Source: Dehalococcoidia bacterium (GTDB taxonomy: Bacteria; Chloroflexota; Dehalococcoidia; UBA2979). Taken from it: a DNA stretch of 64,000 nucleotides. Shown one piece after another: positions 48,741-58,683 of the stretch (positions are counted from its first letter, which is position 1; each line of letters opens with the position of its first letter). The position numbers were made by a program, and so were the translations under genes. The notes under the pieces are model-generated. The model made no database searches. It saw only the letters and a program-made list of their open reading frames with translations, and was not told the DNA's origin. Location: positions 57,127-121,126 of the forward strand of contig OZ219874.1 in the NCBI GenBank assembly GCA_964291495.2, given 5' to 3'.

Positions 48741-49360
48741 TCGCGGCGCTGAGCGGCCCCCTCGTGCGCTGGGACGCCGAGCGCTCCTCGCTCTGGATCC
48801 TGGCGGGCGGCATCACCTACGAGGTACACATGCCCGCCTTCGCCGCCGACTGGGCCGCCGGCCACCAGCAGGGCGAGGAGGTGCAGGTCTTCACCTACTA
48901 CCACGCCACCGAGCGCCAGCCGCTGCCCACCCTCTACGGCTTCCCGCACATGGCCGAGCGCGAGTTCTTCCGCAAGTTCATCGAGGTGCCGGACGTCGGG
49001 CCGGCCAAGGCGGTGCGCGCGCTCACCCGTCCCGTCTCCGAGATCGCCGGCTGGATCGAGGCGGAGGACCAGCGCTCGCTGCGCCAGTTGCCCGGCATCG
49101 GCGAACGCCTCGCCCAGACGATCGTCGCGCACCTGCGCGGCAAGGTCGTGCAGGAGGCGCTGCTCCGTGACGCCCTCGAAGGCGAGCGCGAGCCCACCCC
49201 CGACGTGCGCGACGACGCCGTCGAGGCGCTCGTGACGCTCCAGTACTCCCGCCGCGAGGCCACGAACCTCGTCGCCGACGCGCTGGCAGCGGACCCGCCG
49301 CCGAGTACGCTGGAGGACGTGCTCCGCTCCGTCCTCGAGCAGCGCGCGCCTTCGGCGTAA
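48737..49360 (+). CDS. ruvA: Holliday junction branch migration protein RuvA
   Basis: LYGF, HhH motifs VGPAKA and LPGIGER, C-terminal ALVTLQY domain. Confidence 0.9.
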   Translation: MIAALSGPLVRWDAERSSLWILAGGITYEVHMPAFAADWAAGHQQGEEVQVFTYYHATERQPLPTLYGFPHMAEREFFRKFIEVPDVGPAKAVRALTRPVSEIAGWIEAEDQRSLRQLPGIGERLAQTIVAHLRGKVVQEALLRDALEGEREPTPDVRDDAVEALVTLQYSRREATNLVADALAADPPPSTLEDVLRSVLEQRAPSA

Positions 49361-49390
49361 AGGCCGACGAAGCTCAGCGAGTCTCGGCGG

Positions 49391-49579
49391 TCAACTCACT
49401 ATCGAGGCGACGGCGGCCGCGATCGCTGCGGCCGCGGCCATCCCGGCGAGTATCGTCGCGACCGTCCACCTGATCAGCCGGATCTCGAGCTCCGCGAGAT
49501 CGGCATTTGTCAGTAGATGTTGAAGCGTGAGCTCGATGCGTGTCACGCGAGCAGCGAGGGAGTCGGCGTGCATGGTCAT
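49391..49579 (-). CDS. Small coiled-coil/TM protein (DUF1640-like)
   Basis: LTNADLAELEIRLIRWTVA; ATGA overlap with the upstream ORF. Confidence 0.55.
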   Translation of the reverse strand: MTMHADSLAARVTRIELTLQHLLTNADLAELEIRLIRWTVATILAGMAAAAAIAAAVASIVS

Positions 49580-50148
49580 GCGCTGGACTCCGTCCCAGGT
49601 GGCCGTGCTGGCCCCGGGCAAAGAGTCCGAATCGAGGCTTGGCTATGCTCCAGAGCGATGTGGCCAGCGGGGCTCCTGATCTCCCGGTACAACTCGAAGT
49701 AGATGTCGTCGAGGACGAGATGCGAGCCATCCTCAAGAGAGATCACATTGATGTACTGTGGCTGGCCGGGCTGGCGATGACCCCGCCACTTCGCGAAGTC
49801 CGTGAGCGCCGTTCCCTCGGGGATGTCAAGAATGATGTGCCCCTCCCACCATCCACCAGCCTTTGATGATGAATCCCACCGGATGACGGTTGCGGGACCC
49901 GCGATGGGAAAGTCCACCATCCGGGAAATCGAGATGTCTACAAACTGGTCAGGGTCGTCGCCTGGATCGCAGTGGCGCAGTAGCGGAACACCCGTCCCCG
50001 ATTCCTGACCGCCGAACAGGACGACGAGAGCGACTGCGATAGCGAGGATGGCAGCGGCCCGGCCTGCGGTTCGGGAGGCCCAGCCCGACAGGATGCGCCC
50101 GATGCGCTTCCCTACCGTCGATGGACTGAGGCGCATGAGCATCAGCAT
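49576..50148 (-). CDS. Hypothetical exported/membrane-anchored protein
   Basis: Hydrophobic N-terminal segment; atypical codon usage. Confidence 0.5.
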   Translation of the reverse strand: MLMLMRLSPSTVGKRIGRILSGWASRTAGRAAAILAIAVALVVLFGGQESGTGVPLLRHCDPGDDPDQFVDISISRMVDFPIAGPATVIRWDSSSKAGGWWEGHIILDIPEGTALTDFAKWRGHRQPGQPQYINVISLEDGSHLVLDDIYFELYREIRSPAGHIALEHSQASIRTLCPGPARPPGTESSA

Positions 50149-50198
50149 CCTCTGTTCGCGTCAACAGCGCAGTCTAGGGCCATAGCGCGCGCTCCCGT

Positions 50199-51557
50199 CT
50201 ACTCCCGCTCCGCCTCGTCACCCAGCTCGCCCGGCACGTAGTAGGTGTTGCCCTCGGCGGAGGGCGGGCGGTGGGTTTGCGAGGGCGGGGTGTGGCCCTC
50301 GTAGTCGTGGGCGTACTGGTAGCCACGGCCGAAGCCGAGGTCGCGCATCAGCCGCGTGGCCGCGTTGCGCAGGTGCAGCGGGACCGGCTCGTTGCGCGTG
50401 CGCTCGGCGTCCTGCGCGGCGCGCTGGTAGGCCGCGTAGGCGCTGTTCGACTTCGGCGCGCGCGCCAGGTAGACGGTCGCCTCGGCGAGCGGCAGCCGCG
50501 CCTCCGGCATGCCGAGGAAGTGCACCGCCTGCTGCGCCGCCATCGCCAGCGGCAGCGCCGCCGGATCGGCGAGTCCGATGTCCTCGGCCGCGAGGATCAC
50601 GACGCGGCGCGCGACGAAGAGCGGGTCCTCGCCGGCCTCGAGCATGCGCGCGAGCCAGTAGAGCGCCCCGTCCGGGTCCGAGTCGCGGACCGACTTGATG
50701 TAGGCGGAGATGTGGTCGTAGTGAGCGTCGCCCTCGCGGTCATAGAGCAGCGTTGGGTGCTGGCCGGCCGCCTCGACAGCCTCGCGCGTTACGGCGCGCT
50801 CGCCGTCTGCCGAGGGCTGCACGGTCGTCGCGGCCAACTCGAGCAGGTTGAGGGCGGCCCGCGCGTCGCCGCCCGCGAGGTGGACGATCGCGCCCAGCGC
50901 GCCTTCGTCGACGCTCACCTGCCGCTCGTGCAGCCGCTCGTCGCGATCGAGGGCGCGCGTCACGATCGCGCGCAGCGCGTCGCCGTCGAGCGGGCGCAGC
51001 ACGAAGACGCGGGCTCTCGAGAGCAGCGGCGCGACGACGTGGAACGACGGGTTCTCGGTGGTCGCGCCGATCACCGTAACGGCGCCCTCCTCGACGTGCG
51101 GGAGGACGGCGTCCTGCTGGTTGCGGCTGAAGCGGTGCAGCTCGTCGATGAAGAGGATCGTCTCGATACCGGAGATGCGGCGGCGCTCGCGCGCCTCGGA
51201 GACCACGCGGCGGATGTCGGCGACGCCGGAGTCGACCGCCGAGAGCGGCTCGAAGCGGCGGCTGGTGGTGCGCGCGATGATCGCGGCCAGCGTCGTCTTG
51301 CCGGAGCCCGGCGGCCCCCAGAGCACCAGCGAGGGCGTCTCGTCCCGCTCGATCATCCCGCGCAGCGGGCTGCCGGGCCCCACCACGTCCTCCTGCCCGA
51401 CGAAGTCATCGAGCGTCTCGGGACGCATCCGGGTGGCGAGCGGAGCGGCCTTTGCGCCGGGGCCCACGGCGCCGCTTGGCAGGCGCGGCTCGTCGGCCTC
51501 GAACAGATCGGTCTGGAGGCCGGGCGGGACTCGTCGGCTGCGGCGGCCGCTGCCCAT
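50199..51557 (-). CDS. rarA: Replication-associated recombination protein A (RarA/MgsA)
   Basis: PLATRMRP, GPPGSGKT, FIDELHRF, EDIGLADP. Confidence 0.95.
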   Translation of the reverse strand: MGSGRRSRRVPPGLQTDLFEADEPRLPSGAVGPGAKAAPLATRMRPETLDDFVGQEDVVGPGSPLRGMIERDETPSLVLWGPPGSGKTTLAAIIARTTSRRFEPLSAVDSGVADIRRVVSEARERRRISGIETILFIDELHRFSRNQQDAVLPHVEEGAVTVIGATTENPSFHVVAPLLSRARVFVLRPLDGDALRAIVTRALDRDERLHERQVSVDEGALGAIVHLAGGDARAALNLLELAATTVQPSADGERAVTREAVEAAGQHPTLLYDREGDAHYDHISAYIKSVRDSDPDGALYWLARMLEAGEDPLFVARRVVILAAEDIGLADPAALPLAMAAQQAVHFLGMPEARLPLAEATVYLARAPKSNSAYAAYQRAAQDAERTRNEPVPLHLRNAATRLMRDLGFGRGYQYAHDYEGHTPPSQTHRPPSAEGNTYYVPGELGDEAERE

Positions 51558-51632
51558 ACGCCAGTCTAGGCCGTCGCGCGCCGGGATGTGGCGGCCGCGG
51601 CCTCGAGGCCCGGAGGGCCCGGCCGTGCCGCA

Positions 51633-51677
51633 ACGTTGGAGTGCCCTCCAACCGCACATTGGAGTATGCTCCAACGT
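51633..51677. promoter_or_regulatory. Tandem palindromic operator TTGGAG-N4-CTCCAA x2
   Basis: Copies at 51636-51651 and 51659-51674, in the divergent rarA/thiolase intergenic region. Confidence 0.7.
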
Positions 51678-51718
51678 CGGAGCGGCCTGGGCACGGCAGC
51701 GGCCCGCCGCAGGAGAGG

Positions 51719-52903
51719 ATGGAGCGAGTGAGCGATCGATCAATCCGCGGCGCCGCCGCGATCACAGGCTTCGCCGAGATCAAGCCCGAACGGCGCAAGC
51801 CGGGCCGCACCGCGGTCGGGCTGGCCGCCGAGTTGGCGAAGAACTGCGTCGAGGACGCGGGACTGACGAAGGACCAGGTCAACGGCCTGATCACGCACAT
51901 CCCGTTCTCCCACAACATCGAGTTCGCCGAGTATCTCGGCCTCAAGCCGGTCTGGTCGCACAGCGTCGACCAGATGGGTGGATCCGGGGCGACGAGCCTC
52001 ACGGTGGCGGCGGCGGCGGTGGCCACAGGCCTCGCGGACAACGTGCTCGTCATCGTCTGCTCCAGCCAGTGGGGCGGCTTCGGCGGTGGCACCGAGGCCT
52101 CCCCGGACGGCCACGGCGCGCAGTACGTGCGCGCCCACGGCCCCGGCCCCGGCGCGAACTACGAGTACGCGCAGATCGCGATGCGCTACCAGCACCTCTA
52201 CAACCTCAGCGACGAGGACCGCGTCGCGATCGCCGTGCAGCAGCGCGAGAACGCGCAGGCCAACCCGGACGCCGTCTTCTACGGCCAGCCCGCGACCGCC
52301 GACGACATCCTCAACTCGCGGATGGTCGCCGACCCGCTGCGGCTGCTCGAGTGCGTGATGCCTTGCATCGGGGGCGCGGCGGTGATCGTCAGCGCCGCTG
52401 ACGAGACCGACTACTCGCCGAACCCGCCCGTCTACCTGCTCGGCGCGGGCTGCGCGACGGACCGAGGCGTGCCGGGCCTCTCCTACGCGCCGGACATGAC
52501 GATCTCGCCGGTCAAGGTGTCGGCGGAGCGCGCGTTCGCGACCGCGGGCCTGACCCCGCAGGACATGGACATCGCGCAGATCTACGACTGCTACACGATC
52601 GCCATCATCTGCGAGTTCGAGGACGCCGGCTTCGCCCCCAAGGGCGAGGGCGGCCAGTGGTTCGCCTCGCACGACGTGACGTACAAGGGCGAGTTGCCCA
52701 TCAACACGCACGGGGGCCAGCTCTCCTTCGGGCAGGCCGGCAGCGGCGGCGGCATGTCGCACGTCGTCGAGGGCGTGCGCCAGATGATGGGCCGCGGCGA
52801 GGCCCGCCAGGCGCACAAGGACCTCAACTACGCGTTCATCAACAACAACGGTGGCGGCCTCAGCGTCGAGGCCTCGCTCGTCCTCGGAAAGGGCGTGGAC
52901 TAG
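51719..52903 (+). CDS. SCP2/Ltp2-type thiolase-like protein
   Basis: YDCYT, NTHGGQLS, EGVRQM; the usual N-terminal Cys is absent (MGGSG). Confidence 0.88.
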   Translation: MERVSDRSIRGAAAITGFAEIKPERRKPGRTAVGLAAELAKNCVEDAGLTKDQVNGLITHIPFSHNIEFAEYLGLKPVWSHSVDQMGGSGATSLTVAAAAVATGLADNVLVIVCSSQWGGFGGGTEASPDGHGAQYVRAHGPGPGANYEYAQIAMRYQHLYNLSDEDRVAIAVQQRENAQANPDAVFYGQPATADDILNSRMVADPLRLLECVMPCIGGAAVIVSAADETDYSPNPPVYLLGAGCATDRGVPGLSYAPDMTISPVKVSAERAFATAGLTPQDMDIAQIYDCYTIAIICEFEDAGFAPKGEGGQWFASHDVTYKGELPINTHGGQLSFGQAGSGGGMSHVVEGVRQMMGRGEARQAHKDLNYAFINNNGGGLSVEASLVLGKGVD

Positions 52904-52905
52904 TC

Positions 52906-53322
52906 ATGGCTGAACAAGAGCTCCAGCGCCCGCTCCCGGCCTCGAACGCGCTCACCGAGCCGTTCTGGGAGGCGACGAAGCAGCACAAGCTCGTGGCCCA
53001 GTACTGCGAGGGCTGCGACCAGCTCGTCTGGTACCCGCGCGAGATTTGCCCGGGCTGCTGGACGATGGAGGGCATCGAGTGGCAGGAGCTGAGCGGTAAG
53101 GGCCGCCTGCACACCTTCACCGTGATCCGCCAGGCCGCCGACCCCTGGTTCCAGCAACGCGTCCCCTACGTCTACGGGGTCGTCGAGCTGGACGAGGGCC
53201 CGCGCATGATCTCGGGCATCCAGTGCGAGGTCGAGGACGCCGTCTGCGACATGCCCGTCGAGGCCGTGTTCGAGGACCTGAACGACGACTGGACGATCGT
53301 CCAGTTCAAGCCCGCAAGCTAG
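52906..53322 (+). CDS. DUF35 Zn-ribbon/OB-fold protein
   Basis: PFWE, CEGC...CPGC, VELDEGPR. Confidence 0.9.
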   Translation: MAEQELQRPLPASNALTEPFWEATKQHKLVAQYCEGCDQLVWYPREICPGCWTMEGIEWQELSGKGRLHTFTVIRQAADPWFQQRVPYVYGVVELDEGPRMISGIQCEVEDAVCDMPVEAVFEDLNDDWTIVQFKPAS

Positions 53323-53361
53323 CAGCGCGACGCCCTCGAGGCGTCCGCTCCAGCTTCAGCG

Positions 53362-53390
53362 AGAGCCGCCCCGGCGGGGGCGGCTCTTTG
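53362..53390 (+). terminator. Intrinsic terminator
   Basis: 11-bp stem AGAGCCGCCCC/GGGGCGGCTCT with a 4-nt loop, followed by TTG. Confidence 0.65.
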
Positions 53391-53482
53391 CATCGGGGGC
53401 CGGGCCGGGGCTGCGGCGATCGTCTTGACAGGCCTGGCCTGCGGGTGAAGATGAGGGCGATCGCGGCGACGAGGAGATCCCG

Positions 53483-54642
53483 ATGGACCCCGTCGAGCTG
53501 TTCACCCCCGAGTTCAAGCACGACCCGTTCCCCACCTACCGGATCCTGCGCGACCATCACCCGGTCTACCGCGATCCTCGCACCGGGGCGTGGCTGCTCA
53601 GCCGCTTCGAGGACGTCTACGCCGCCCTTGCCGACCATGACGCGTTCTCCTCGGAAGACACGAGGCGGGCCGACTCGCGACTGGGGCCGCGGCGCTCGGC
53701 GCGGGTGCTGGTCGGGCAGGACCAGCCCGGCCACACGCGCATCCGGCGGCTGGTGAATCGGCCCTTCGCGCGCGGCGAGATCGAAAGGCTGCAGCCGGAG
53801 CTCGATGCACTCGCCGGCGACCTGCTCGACGCGGCCGCAGAGCAGCCGGTCGACCTCGTACCGGCGCTCGCGATCCCGCTCCCGGTGATGGTGATCGCGC
53901 GCGTGCTCGGCGTCGCCTCCGAGGACTACCAGCGCTTCAAGGCCTGGTCGGACTCCGTGATCGCCACCGACGCCCCGCCGAGGCCACCTCGGCGGCCGTC
54001 CGCGAGATGCACGCCCACTTCCGCGAGGTCGCCGCGCGGCGCCTCGAGGAGCCTCGCGACGACCTGATCTCGGTGCTGGTGCACGAGGAGCCCGAGGGCG
54101 GCCCGCTGTCCGAGGAGGAGCTGCTCGACATCTGCCAGGTCGTGCTCGTGTCCGGCAATCAGACCACGACCGCCCTGATCGGCAACGTGCTCAACATCCT
54201 CGTGGACCGTCCCGACCTCTGGGCGAGGCTGCGCGCGGACCGCTCGCTCGTCGACGCCGCGATCGAGGAGGGGCTGCGCTTCGACAGTCCGCTACAGCTG
54301 CTCTGGCGGCGCGCCGTGCGCGATGCCGAGGTGCGAGGCGTCACGATCACCGAGGGCTCAACCGTGGCCGTGATCTACGGCTCCGCGAACCGGGACGAGC
54401 GCGAGTTCCCGGAACCGGACCGCTTCCTGCTTGAGCGCGATCTCGGCTCGCACCTCGCGTTCGGGCACGGCATCCACTACTGCCTCGGCGCGCCGCTCGC
54501 CCGCGCGGAGCTGAGGGCCGTGCTCAACGGGCTGCTGGACCGCTACGCGGGCCTCGAGCGCGCCGGGCCCGCCGAGCGACTCCAGTCGCCGGGCTTCACC
54601 CTGCGCGGCTTCGGGCGGCTGCCGATCCGCTTCAGCCCGTAG
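53483..54642 (+). CDS. Cytochrome P450 (frameshifted near 53975)
   Basis: HTRIR in the first frame; SGNQTT, EEGLR and FGHGIHYCLG in the second. One extra base in the C-run at ~53972-53976 would join them. Confidence 0.88.
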
Positions 54643-55327
54643 CCTCGTCGAGGATTGCGCGGGCGCGGGCGAAGACCTCGTCGAACATCGCCTCCGTGAG
54701 CCGGCCGGTGAAGGTGTTCTGCTGACTCGGGTGGTACGAGCAGAGCAGCGTGCGCCCTCCGGAGAGCGCGAACTCGGCGCCGTGCCCGAAGCGCGGACGC
54801 GGTCGCAGGTCCTCGAGGACGGCGAGCCTGTTCAGCGCCCAGCCGCCGAGCGCGACGTAGACGCGCGCTCGATCGAGCAGCGCCAGCTCGCGCACGAAGT
54901 ACGGGTGGCAGCGGTCGCGCTCCTCGGTGGTCGGGCGGTTATCGGGTGGCGCGCAGCGCACGGTCGCCACGACGCGCGCGTCGAGCAGCTCGAGGCCGTC
55001 GTCGCGGCTCACGGCGTGAGGCTGGTTCGCGAATCCGGCGCCGTGCATCGCGCGGAACAGCCAGTCGCCGGAGCGGTCGCCGGTGAAGACGCGCCCGGTG
55101 CGGTTGGCCCCGTGCGCGGCCGGCGCGAGGCCGACCACTACGAGTCGCGCCTCGGGATCCCCGAAGCCGGGCACGGGCCTGCCCCAGTAGTCCTGGTCGC
55201 GGAAGGCCGCGCGCTTCTCGCGCGCCACCCGCTCGCGCCACTCGACGAGGCGCGGGCAGGCGCGGCAGGCGACGATCTCGTCGTCCAGCGCCGCCAGCGA
55301 GACGGCTCGCCGGTCGTCGCCGCTCAC
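54632..55327 (-). CDS. udgB: Uracil-DNA glycosylase family 5
   Basis: CRACPRL, GLAPAAHGANRTG, HPSQQN. Confidence 0.9.
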   Translation of the reverse strand: MSGDDRRAVSLAALDDEIVACRACPRLVEWRERVAREKRAAFRDQDYWGRPVPGFGDPEARLVVVGLAPAAHGANRTGRVFTGDRSGDWLFRAMHGAGFANQPHAVSRDDGLELLDARVVATVRCAPPDNRPTTEERDRCHPYFVRELALLDRARVYVALGGWALNRLAVLEDLRPRPRFGHGAEFALSGGRTLLCSYHPSQQNTFTGRLTEAMFDEVFARARAILDEATG

Positions 55328-55776
55328 GGCGTGCGGGCCTCGACGCCCCAGCTACTCACGCGCAGCGGCGTGAGGGCGATCAACGGGCGGCCGTCGAGCG
55401 CCATCTCGCGGTACTGCGGGTACTTCGACCGCAGCCGCTCGAGGGCCTCCGCGTAGCCGTCAGCACCCTCGTCCAAAACGGCGGCGTGGCAGCGCAGCAT
55501 CGCCCAGGCGAGCTGTTCCCAGTCGTCGCTGTAGATGTCGCAGAGCAGCGTCGCCGCGCCGTGTTCCTCGATGTTGCGCAGGCGCTGGAGGCGCGCGCTG
55601 CGCTTCGGCTTCTCGTCAACCACCGAGTAGCAGCGCCCGCCGAGCAGCACGAAGCAGATCGGGACGATGTGCGGGGTTCCCGCGGGGTCGACCGTCGCGA
55701 GGCGCGCGACGGGCTGCGCCTCGACGAAGGCACGCACGGCGGGCGAGAGCTCCAGTGGCTCGGGTGACGGATCCAT
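55324..55776 (-). CDS. PPOX-class (probably F420-dependent) oxidoreductase, Rv0121-like
   Basis: VARLAT, PHIVP, VDEKPK, RLRNI, YSDDWEQL. Confidence 0.85.
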   Translation of the reverse strand: MDPSPEPLELSPAVRAFVEAQPVARLATVDPAGTPHIVPICFVLLGGRCYSVVDEKPKRSARLQRLRNIEEHGAATLLCDIYSDDWEQLAWAMLRCHAAVLDEGADGYAEALERLRSKYPQYREMALDGRPLIALTPLRVSSWGVEARTP

Positions 55777-55809
55777 GGGCAGACCGTAACCGCGGAGGGA
55801 GGACGCCCG

Positions 55810-57186
55810 CTACTCCTCCGGGAGGATCTCGACCTGCGCGAAGTCGCCGACCTGCTGGCTCCAGTTGTAGCCGTCGTCGCTGTTCTCGAACCAGATGTCG
55901 CGGTGCTCGCCGTGGACGGCGCCACCGGTGTCCTTGCAGGTGTAGGTGCGGTCGAGTGGGTCGCCGACGATGCGAAAGCGCTGGCCGAAATTCTCGCGGG
56001 AGCAGGCTGCGGCGCCCTCGTGGACGATCTCACCGTTGGCCATGGCCTCGCACCAGCCGCCGCCGTCGCCGATGCCGGCCGCGATCGTTCCCTGCCTGCA
56101 ATAGAAGTACGTGATCCTCGCCTCGACGACCTCGCCCTCGGGTTCGGTCGTGGCCGTCGGCTCGGGTGTCGCCGTTGGCTCGGGCGTGGGCGTCGCCGTA
56201 GGCGTCGGCTCCGGCGTTGGCGTCGAGACCGCCCCGGCGCGCAACCAGACGATCGAGTCCTCCCGCAACTGGCCGCGCGCGAGGGACTGCACCCAATCGG
56301 GAGCGCCGGGGCTGTAGGTCAGCCACTTCTGCGACGGCACGTCCAGCATCGCGACGAGCTTCACCTCGAAGGGCTGCGAGGCGGCCAGCACCGCCGGGTC
56401 GTTCGTGCCGGAGACGCCGATCGTGAACTTGTCCGGCGGGGGCGTGGGCAGCACGTTCGCGACGCCTCGAGGCGCCTCGTCGGCGGGAGCGGCCGCCGGC
56501 TCGCCCAGGTCGCCGGGCTTGTCGCCCTTGCGGCGCATCAGTACGACGCTGTCCGGGCCCAGGTCCGGCAGCCCCTCCTCGTTCACGAAGTCGGGCACGC
56601 CGACGAAGTACGACTGGTACTGCTGCGTCGCCACGTCGAGCATCCAGACGCTGGCGACATCGAAGGTCTGCGCCGCGACCAGCGCATCGATGTCCGACGT
56701 GCCCGCGACGCCCGAGGTCCAGCCGTCGGGAGGCGGGACGGGCAGGACGCCCGGCTCGCCCGGTGACGGCGTCGTGACCTCTTCCTCCTCCTGGTCCTCC
56801 TCGCTCGCGGCGTCGGCGCAAGGGTCGGCGTCGTCGTCGCTCGATCCACCGGCGGGGACGAGGTACTCGGCCGCCATCCAGCCATTCAGGCCGTCGTGGG
56901 TAACGGCCTCCCAGCAATGCCCGTCCGCCCGGAACTGCGCGCCGAGCGCGGTCACCACCGTGCCGTCAGGAACCGTCGCGAGGACAGCGCCACCGAGTGC
57001 TGGCATCGAGCGCAGGTTGAGGCCGTCGCCGTCGGCGCTGACGACGGCCTGCTGGCCGGCGGCGAGCGGCCCGGCCGCGTGTGAGGGGTGAGCGGTGGTC
57101 GAGGCGGAAAGGAGGAAGGCGGCGGCCAGCGCGAGGGGCAGGAGGAGGCGCGAGAGAGTGTGGGGTCGATGCGGGTGAACGCCCAC
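55810..57186 (-). CDS. Secreted SH3b + duplicated domain + 3D/DPBB-like protein
   Basis: Signal peptide, GLNLRS...GWMAAEYL (SH3b), two related GxxGT..L.A.Q.F.V...MLDV units, PT linker, and MANG..AAC..CKDTGG..DIW. Confidence 0.75.
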   Translation of the reverse strand: MGVHPHRPHTLSRLLLPLALAAAFLLSASTTAHPSHAAGPLAAGQQAVVSADGDGLNLRSMPALGGAVLATVPDGTVVTALGAQFRADGHCWEAVTHDGLNGWMAAEYLVPAGGSSDDDADPCADAASEEDQEEEEVTTPSPGEPGVLPVPPPDGWTSGVAGTSDIDALVAAQTFDVASVWMLDVATQQYQSYFVGVPDFVNEEGLPDLGPDSVVLMRRKGDKPGDLGEPAAAPADEAPRGVANVLPTPPPDKFTIGVSGTNDPAVLAASQPFEVKLVAMLDVPSQKWLTYSPGAPDWVQSLARGQLREDSIVWLRAGAVSTPTPEPTPTATPTPEPTATPEPTATTEPEGEVVEARITYFYCRQGTIAAGIGDGGGWCEAMANGEIVHEGAAACSRENFGQRFRIVGDPLDRTYTCKDTGGAVHGEHRDIWFENSDDGYNWSQQVGDFAQVEILPEE

Positions 57187-57339
57187 GGCAAGATCCGTCG
57201 CCGCGCGAGCCCGCCCCGCCTGCCGGCACGCACATGTAGTCGCCGGATATGTTCCACCGCCTGAGCGTTATAGGCGAGCAGGCGGGGACACGCCATCCTC
57301 GCTGGCGACGAGGCGGCGCAGCGGCGAGAATGGCGCGCG

Positions 57340-58620
57340 ATGGCAACTGGCCCCTTCGACGGCATCCGCGTGCTCGAGTTCTGCCAGATCGTGGCCGGTC
57401 CGGTGATCGGCCAGTTCCTCGCCGACCTCGGTGCGGACGTCGTCAAGATCGAGTCGCTCGAGGGCGATCCGTTTCGCCGCACGGGCAGCGTGGTGCCGGG
57501 AACAAGCAAGGGCTTCCAGTGGTACAACCGCGGGAAGCGCAGCCTGATGCTCAACCTGGGCGATCCCCGCGCCCAGGCGATCGTGCACCGCATGGTCCCC
57601 TCGTTCGACGTGGTCGTCGCCAACCCGCGACCGGGCGTTCTCGAACGGCAGCGGATCGACTACGGGACGCTCTCGGCGCTGCACCCGGATCTGATCTACG
57701 CGCGCGTGACGGGTTTTGGACCGGAGGGGCCGCTGGCCAACCAGGCCGCCTCGGACATCGTCGGGCAGGCCTACTCCGGGATGCTGGCCGACGAGGGCGA
57801 CGTGGACGAGTGGGGCGCGCCGCGGCGCATCCGCTCGCTGCCGATCTCCGACCTGATGGCCGGGCTCTCGGCGACGGTCGGCGTGGCGTCGGCGCTCTAC
57901 CACCGCGCACTGACCGGCGAGGGCCAGCTGATCGACGCCTCGCTGCTGCGCGGCGCGATGGCCGGCATCGGCCGCGCCGTGACGCAGGAGCCCGTCACGG
58001 ACGCCGTGATCACCGGACCGGCGCTGCAGCGCGTGCGCGATGCCCTCGAGGCTGGCGCAAGCTACGCCGAGGCGATCGAGGGGTACGGCCAGGGCGGCCT
58101 GGCCCCCACCGGCGTCGTTCGCCGCATCTACCACACCGCCTACGAGACCAGCGACGGCGCGATCGTCGTCGGCGCGCTGACGCGGGCCAATCGCGAGGCG
58201 ATCCGCGAGGCGATCGGCTTCGAGTACGAGGGCGGCGACGATCCGGACTTCGACCCGCTCGACGAGGAAACGCGCGAGCGCATGGTCGACTTCAAGCAGC
58301 GCGTCGCCGAGATCGTGCGCACGCGCACGACGGCGGAGTGGATCGAGGCGCTGCGCCGCACGGGCGCTCCCGCCGCGCCGCTGCGCTTCCCCGAGGAGCT
58401 CGCCGACGATGCGCAGACCTCGGACTGGTTCGTGGAGCTCGACGATCCGCTGAGCGGGCCACAGCGCCAGCTCAGCGCCTGGATCGAGATGTCGAAGACG
58501 CCGCCTGTCGCGCAGGGCCCCGCGCCGCCGCCGGGCGGACACAGCGTCGAGCTGCTGCGCGAGTTCGGCTACGGCGACGAGGAGATCGCGGCGCTGCGCG
58601 ATGACGGTGTGGTGAACTAG
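57340..58620 (+). CDS. CaiB/BaiF family III CoA-transferase (single domain)
   Basis: LADLGADVVKIE, NRGKRS, PISDLMAG. Confidence 0.92.
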   Translation: MATGPFDGIRVLEFCQIVAGPVIGQFLADLGADVVKIESLEGDPFRRTGSVVPGTSKGFQWYNRGKRSLMLNLGDPRAQAIVHRMVPSFDVVVANPRPGVLERQRIDYGTLSALHPDLIYARVTGFGPEGPLANQAASDIVGQAYSGMLADEGDVDEWGAPRRIRSLPISDLMAGLSATVGVASALYHRALTGEGQLIDASLLRGAMAGIGRAVTQEPVTDAVITGPALQRVRDALEAGASYAEAIEGYGQGGLAPTGVVRRIYHTAYETSDGAIVVGALTRANREAIREAIGFEYEGGDDPDFDPLDEETRERMVDFKQRVAEIVRTRTTAEWIEALRRTGAPAAPLRFPEELADDAQTSDWFVELDDPLSGPQRQLSAWIEMSKTPPVAQGPAPPPGGHSVELLREFGYGDEEIAALRDDGVVN

Positions 58621-58683
58621 CGCATATCATCGGGGCCGGCGCGACCACCGCGCCGGGCCAACACGCGCCGGCGGAGCTGTGCG

